From positions 1 through 48,848 of the forward strand of contig CAZRQF010000001.1 of assembly GCA_964602275.1 (NCBI GenBank): a stretch of DNA of 48,848 nucleotides, in the 5' to 3' direction. The translations under genes and the position numbers were made by a program. Each line of letters starts with the position of its first letter. Position 1 is the stretch's first letter. The notes under the pieces were generated by a model. The model was not told the origin of the DNA. It ran no database searches and saw only the letters and a program-made list of their open reading frames with translations. This DNA comes from an uncultured Eubacteriales bacterium (lineage in GTDB: Bacteria > Bacillota > Clostridia > TANB77 > UBA1234). Below are positions 45,637-48,848 of the stretch, in pieces.

Positions 45637-46386
45637 TTATTTTGTAGAGTTGGTTACTAGTTCGTCAAGTGTTTTAAATTCATAGCCTTCTTCAATTAAA
45701 TATTTAATTGAAACTTCTAATACTTCATGAGTTGGATTTACATCTCCTGAGTCATGCATTAGTATTACTAGTGTGGATTTGCCTTTACAAGTCTTTTTTA
45801 AATTTTTTAATAGTTCTTCGTTAGAATACTTTTTTTCTGCATCTTTATTTAGAGCGTTCCAATCTATATACATATATCCTAATTCTTCAAGATATTTTAT
45901 ACAATTTTTCTTTTGCTTAGAGTAAATTGGAGAAATATATCCATTTGGAAATCTAAAAATATTGCAAGTGTAATCATCAGTTTCAAGTGCATTTGATATT
46001 GCATTTTCTGTATCTTTTACTTCGGCTATAAAATTATTTTTGGAAGAATACAATTTTGCATTATTGTGGCTATATGTATGATTGCCAATTAAATGTCCTT
46101 CGCTATATATTCTTTTAAGTATCTCGGGGTGTTCTTCCACTTTTTTACCTATGACGAAAAAGGTAGCTTCGATATTGTATTCGCTTAACAAATCAAGAAT
46201 TTTTGTAGTTTCTTTTTTGGAAGGTCCGTCATCAAAAGTTAGGTATGCAATTTTAGCAGAAGAATTACTTTTAGTTAAATTTAATAGTGCGTTTGCAGGT
46301 ACTACTTTGGATTTGTTATAGGCGATAAAAAATATTGAAACAAATATTAAAATAATGGATAAAACAATTAATTTAAAATTTTTCAT
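45637..46386 (-). CDS. polysaccharide deacetylase (NodB/CE4 family), membrane-anchored
   Basis: N-terminal TM helix and NodB motifs YLTFDDGPS, ATFFVIG, NHTYSH and RFPNG. Confidence 0.85.
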   Translation of the reverse strand: MKNFKLIVLSIILIFVSIFFIAYNKSKVVPANALLNLTKSNSSAKIAYLTFDDGPSKKETTKILDLLSEYNIEATFFVIGKKVEEHPEILKRIYSEGHLIGNHTYSHNNAKLYSSKNNFIAEVKDTENAISNALETDDYTCNIFRFPNGYISPIYSKQKKNCIKYLEELGYMYIDWNALNKDAEKKYSNEELLKNLKKTCKGKSTLVILMHDSGDVNPTHEVLEVSIKYLIEEGYEFKTLDELVTNSTK

Positions 46387-46437
46387 ATTAACAATATATT
46401 AAGAAAAAATTAATATTATGAAAAAATGTTTTTTAGT

Positions 46438-46477
46438 TTTTACATATTTAAAATAGTGTGGTATACTAAGTGTTCGA
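46438..46477 (+). promoter_or_regulatory. promoter of the antiporter gene, copy B of the duplicated promoter-like segment
   Basis: TTTACA (46439-46444), a 17-nt spacer and TGgTATACT (TATACT at 46462-46467). Confidence 0.6.
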
Positions 46478-46591
46478 AAAAATTGTAAAAACTTTTAAAA
46501 AGCTTTGCGATATAAAATACTTAGCAAAATATACAAAGTAATTAAAAGTAAAATTTTGAATATATATAAAGTTAAAAAAGGGGGAGATATA

Positions 46592-48043
46592 ATGCTTGGA
46601 GCATTACGCAGTATTATTGCTAATTCGTCAACTGTTGCATCAACTATAATATCAATAGCATTTATGCTGTTTTGCGGTTTTGCAATGACTAGAATTACAA
46701 AAAAATTTAAATTACCAAATGTAACGGCTTACATATTAACAGGAATTTTGTTAGGTCCGTATTGCTTGAAAATCGTACCAAATGAAATTATAACGGGTAT
46801 GGAGTTCTTGGCAGATATTGCACTTGCGTTTATTGCGTTTAGTACGGGAGAATTTTTCAAATTTGAAACACTTAAGAAAAATGGAATGAAGGTTGTAATA
46901 ATTACAATATTGGAAGCGGTTTTAGCATCTGTATTTGTATTTATTTTAACATATTATATTTTGAATTTAGATTTAGCGTTTTCACTTGTTTTGTCAGCAC
47001 TTGCTTCTGCAACAGCACCTGCATCAACAGTTATGACCATAAGGCAAACTGGTGCTAAGGGAGATTTTGTTGACACTTTATTGCAAGTAGTTGCCTTAGA
47101 CGATGTTGTTGGACTTATTTTATATAGTGTTGCCATATCTGTTGCCTTAGCACTTGCACCAGGTGAAGGCGTATTTAGTGTTATGAATATCATAAAGCCT
47201 ATTTTTATGAATTTAATTGTTTTAGTTGCAGGTGCAATTTTTGGAGTGTTAATGAAAGTTTTAATGCCTAAAAAACGCTCGACTGATAATAGGCTTATTA
47301 TATTGATTTCACTATTGTTTGCATTTTGTGGAATGTGTGCCTTGCTAGATATATCGCCATTACTTGGCTGTATGTCTATGGGAATGATATATATAAATAT
47401 TAGCGATGATGATAAGTTGTTTAAACAATTGAATTATTTTAGTCCGCCAATACTTTTATTATTTTTTGTAAGATCTGGACTATCGTTTAAACTAGATGCA
47501 CTTATAGATACATCATCAGCCGTTGGAAGCGTGCCACTTTTAGCAGTTGGAGTTTTATATTTTATAGTAAGAATAGTAGGAAAATATGTTGGGGCATATT
47601 TAGGTTGCCTAATTGTAAAGAAAGATAAAAAGGTTAAAAACTATTTAGGACTTGCACTTATACCACAAGCAGGTGTTGCCATTGGTCTTGCAGCACTTGG
47701 AGCTAGAACATTAGGCGGAGAAATGGGAAATGCACTTCAAACCATAATACTTGCTTCTAGTGTGCTTTATGAGCTAATAGGACCAGGATGTGCGAAGCTT
47801 GCACTATACTTGTCTAAATCATATAGCGATAAATTAGAAGAAATAGTACCTGAAAGTGAAGTGCTAGTAGCAGGAGAACAAAAGACAGAAGTTGAATTAT
47901 TAATAGATAGAATAAATAAAATTCAAGAAGAAATACCAGACCATGGCGAAAATGTTCTTTCAGAAGAAGAGCAAGCGTTTTTAGATGCTGCGGAAGAACA
48001 ATATACTTCGCTTGGAGCTATAAGAAGAAATAATAGAAGATAG
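46592..48043 (+). CDS. cation:proton antiporter (CPA2 / Na_H_Exchanger family)
   Basis: About 12 TM helices of Kef/NapA-like pattern and a soluble acidic C-terminal tail. ATG 46592 follows AAGGGGGAG. Confidence 0.8.
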   Translation: MLGALRSIIANSSTVASTIISIAFMLFCGFAMTRITKKFKLPNVTAYILTGILLGPYCLKIVPNEIITGMEFLADIALAFIAFSTGEFFKFETLKKNGMKVVIITILEAVLASVFVFILTYYILNLDLAFSLVLSALASATAPASTVMTIRQTGAKGDFVDTLLQVVALDDVVGLILYSVAISVALALAPGEGVFSVMNIIKPIFMNLIVLVAGAIFGVLMKVLMPKKRSTDNRLIILISLLFAFCGMCALLDISPLLGCMSMGMIYINISDDDKLFKQLNYFSPPILLLFFVRSGLSFKLDALIDTSSAVGSVPLLAVGVLYFIVRIVGKYVGAYLGCLIVKKDKKVKNYLGLALIPQAGVAIGLAALGARTLGGEMGNALQTIILASSVLYELIGPGCAKLALYLSKSYSDKLEEIVPESEVLVAGEQKTEVELLIDRINKIQEEIPDHGENVLSEEEQAFLDAAEEQYTSLGAIRRNNRR

Positions 48044-48065
48044 AAATAAAAAGGGGGAGAGTTAA

Positions 48066-48788
48066 TTGAGTAGTTTTGATCCAATAGCAACACTTTTAGG
48101 TGAGTGGGCAACAACATTAAGCGTTGAGGCAATAGCTTTTAGAATAATAGTATCAATAATTTTATCTGCAATAATAGGTTGTGAGCGTTCTATAAAAAGA
48201 CATTCAGCGGGACTTAGAACATTTATATTAGTGTCACTTGCTTCAACAATATCTATGCTAGTAGATTTATATTTAATGGAAAATTCTATTGAAAAATTTG
48301 CATTTTTGTCTATGGCGACAATTATTAGTACAGCAATGCTTAGCGGTAACTCGATATTGTTTACATCTAAAAATCAAATAAAAGGACTTACAACTTCAGT
48401 AGGACTTTGGACTGCTGGAATAATAGGGCTTGCAATAGGAGCAGGCTTATATTCAGTAACAGCGATAGCATTTATTGCACTTATTTGCATTTTATATATA
48501 TTCCCTAAGTTTGAAGTAGAATTAAAAGATAGATCTAATCATTTTGAAATACATTTAGAGCTTAGAAACAAAAGTTATTTACAAGATTTTGTTACAACAA
48601 TTAGAAAACTTGGACTTAGAATAGACGATATAGAATTAAACCCAGCCTATATAAACTCGGGGCTTAGCGTATATTCAATATCATTAACAATAGATAGTGA
48701 AGAACTAAAAAAATACAAAAAACATAGCGAAATAATAAAAGCGTTGAGCAGCTTAGAATATGTGTACTATATAGAGGAAATAAGGTAG
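48066..48788 (+). CDS. mgtC: MgtC/SapB family membrane protein with ACT-like C-terminal domain
   Basis: GCERSIKRHSAGLRT motif and four or five TM helices. The TTG start 48066 follows GGGGGAG. Confidence 0.8.
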   Translation: MSSFDPIATLLGEWATTLSVEAIAFRIIVSIILSAIIGCERSIKRHSAGLRTFILVSLASTISMLVDLYLMENSIEKFAFLSMATIISTAMLSGNSILFTSKNQIKGLTTSVGLWTAGIIGLAIGAGLYSVTAIAFIALICILYIFPKFEVELKDRSNHFEIHLELRNKSYLQDFVTTIRKLGLRIDDIELNPAYINSGLSVYSISLTIDSEELKKYKKHSEIIKALSSLEYVYYIEEIR

Positions 48789-48794
48789 AAAATA

Positions 48795-48831
48795 AAAAAG
48801 AACAAGACTATAAAGTTTTGTTCTTTTTTTG
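48795..48831 (+). terminator. intrinsic terminator after mgtC-like gene
   Basis: aaaaagaacaa (48795-48805) pairs with ttgttcttttt (48818-48828), followed by a T-run. Confidence 0.7.
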
Positions 48832-48848
48832 TCAAATTTTGAAACTTT

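Noticed and set aside
1-48848. Search for CRISPR arrays, tRNA/rRNA genes, IS elements and prophage genes
   Set aside because: I saw no regularly spaced repeats, no cloverleaf-like GC-rich segments and no transposase, integrase, capsid or terminase-like ORFs on either strand. A by-eye scan cannot exclude small ncRNAs.

Overview
This is a visibly AT-rich chromosomal segment from a low-GC Firmicute with Clostridia-like gene order. Region 1-27.8 kb is conserved housekeeping backbone, almost all on the + strand. It carries ftsE-ftsX and a coiled-coil M23 peptidase. It also carries the wall-teichoic-acid linkage-unit genes: tagA on the minus strand, plus an in-frame tagO::mnaA fusion. Next come ywlE-rpiB, rsmB-rlmN-stp-prkC-rsgA-rpe, a DEAD-box helicase with a long structured leader, and divergent zur / znuACB. 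The backbone ends with rimP-nusA-ylxR-ylxQ-infB-rbfA-nrnA-truB and rlmD. Region 27.9-46.5 kb is an accessory island with no integrase, transposase, tRNA or IS. It starts with a run of small same-strand genes, many of them nucleotide or nucleic-acid enzymes (ASCH, UDG-like, SAM methyltransferase pseudogene, GNAT, flavin reductase, NDT-like, Ham1-like). Gene remnants are interspersed among them. A BlaI repressor follows, with a frameshifted M56 (BlaR1-like) sensor-protease that carries a C-terminal M23 domain. After that come a MATE::cytidylate-kinase-like fusion and an HXXEE membrane protein. A defence-type block follows: an ABC-like soluble ATPase, an HTH-WYL regulator, an unknown 208-aa protein, a complete DpnII-type GATC restriction-modification cassette (dam-like, dpnA-like, dpnB-like) and a YfcE-like phosphoesterase. 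The island ends with a flavodoxin-like gene, remnants and a polysaccharide deacetylase. Several direct-repeat pairs (52 bp, 15 bp, 67 bp, and a roughly 40-bp promoter-like pair) bracket individual modules. Region 46.6-48.8 kb encodes a CPA2 cation/proton antiporter and an MgtC-family protein. I saw no rRNA, tRNA, CRISPR array or recognisable mobile-element gene. The best candidate for an undescribed system is the ATPase + WYL regulator + unknown gene block next to the R-M cassette. That call rests on gene context and motifs only.
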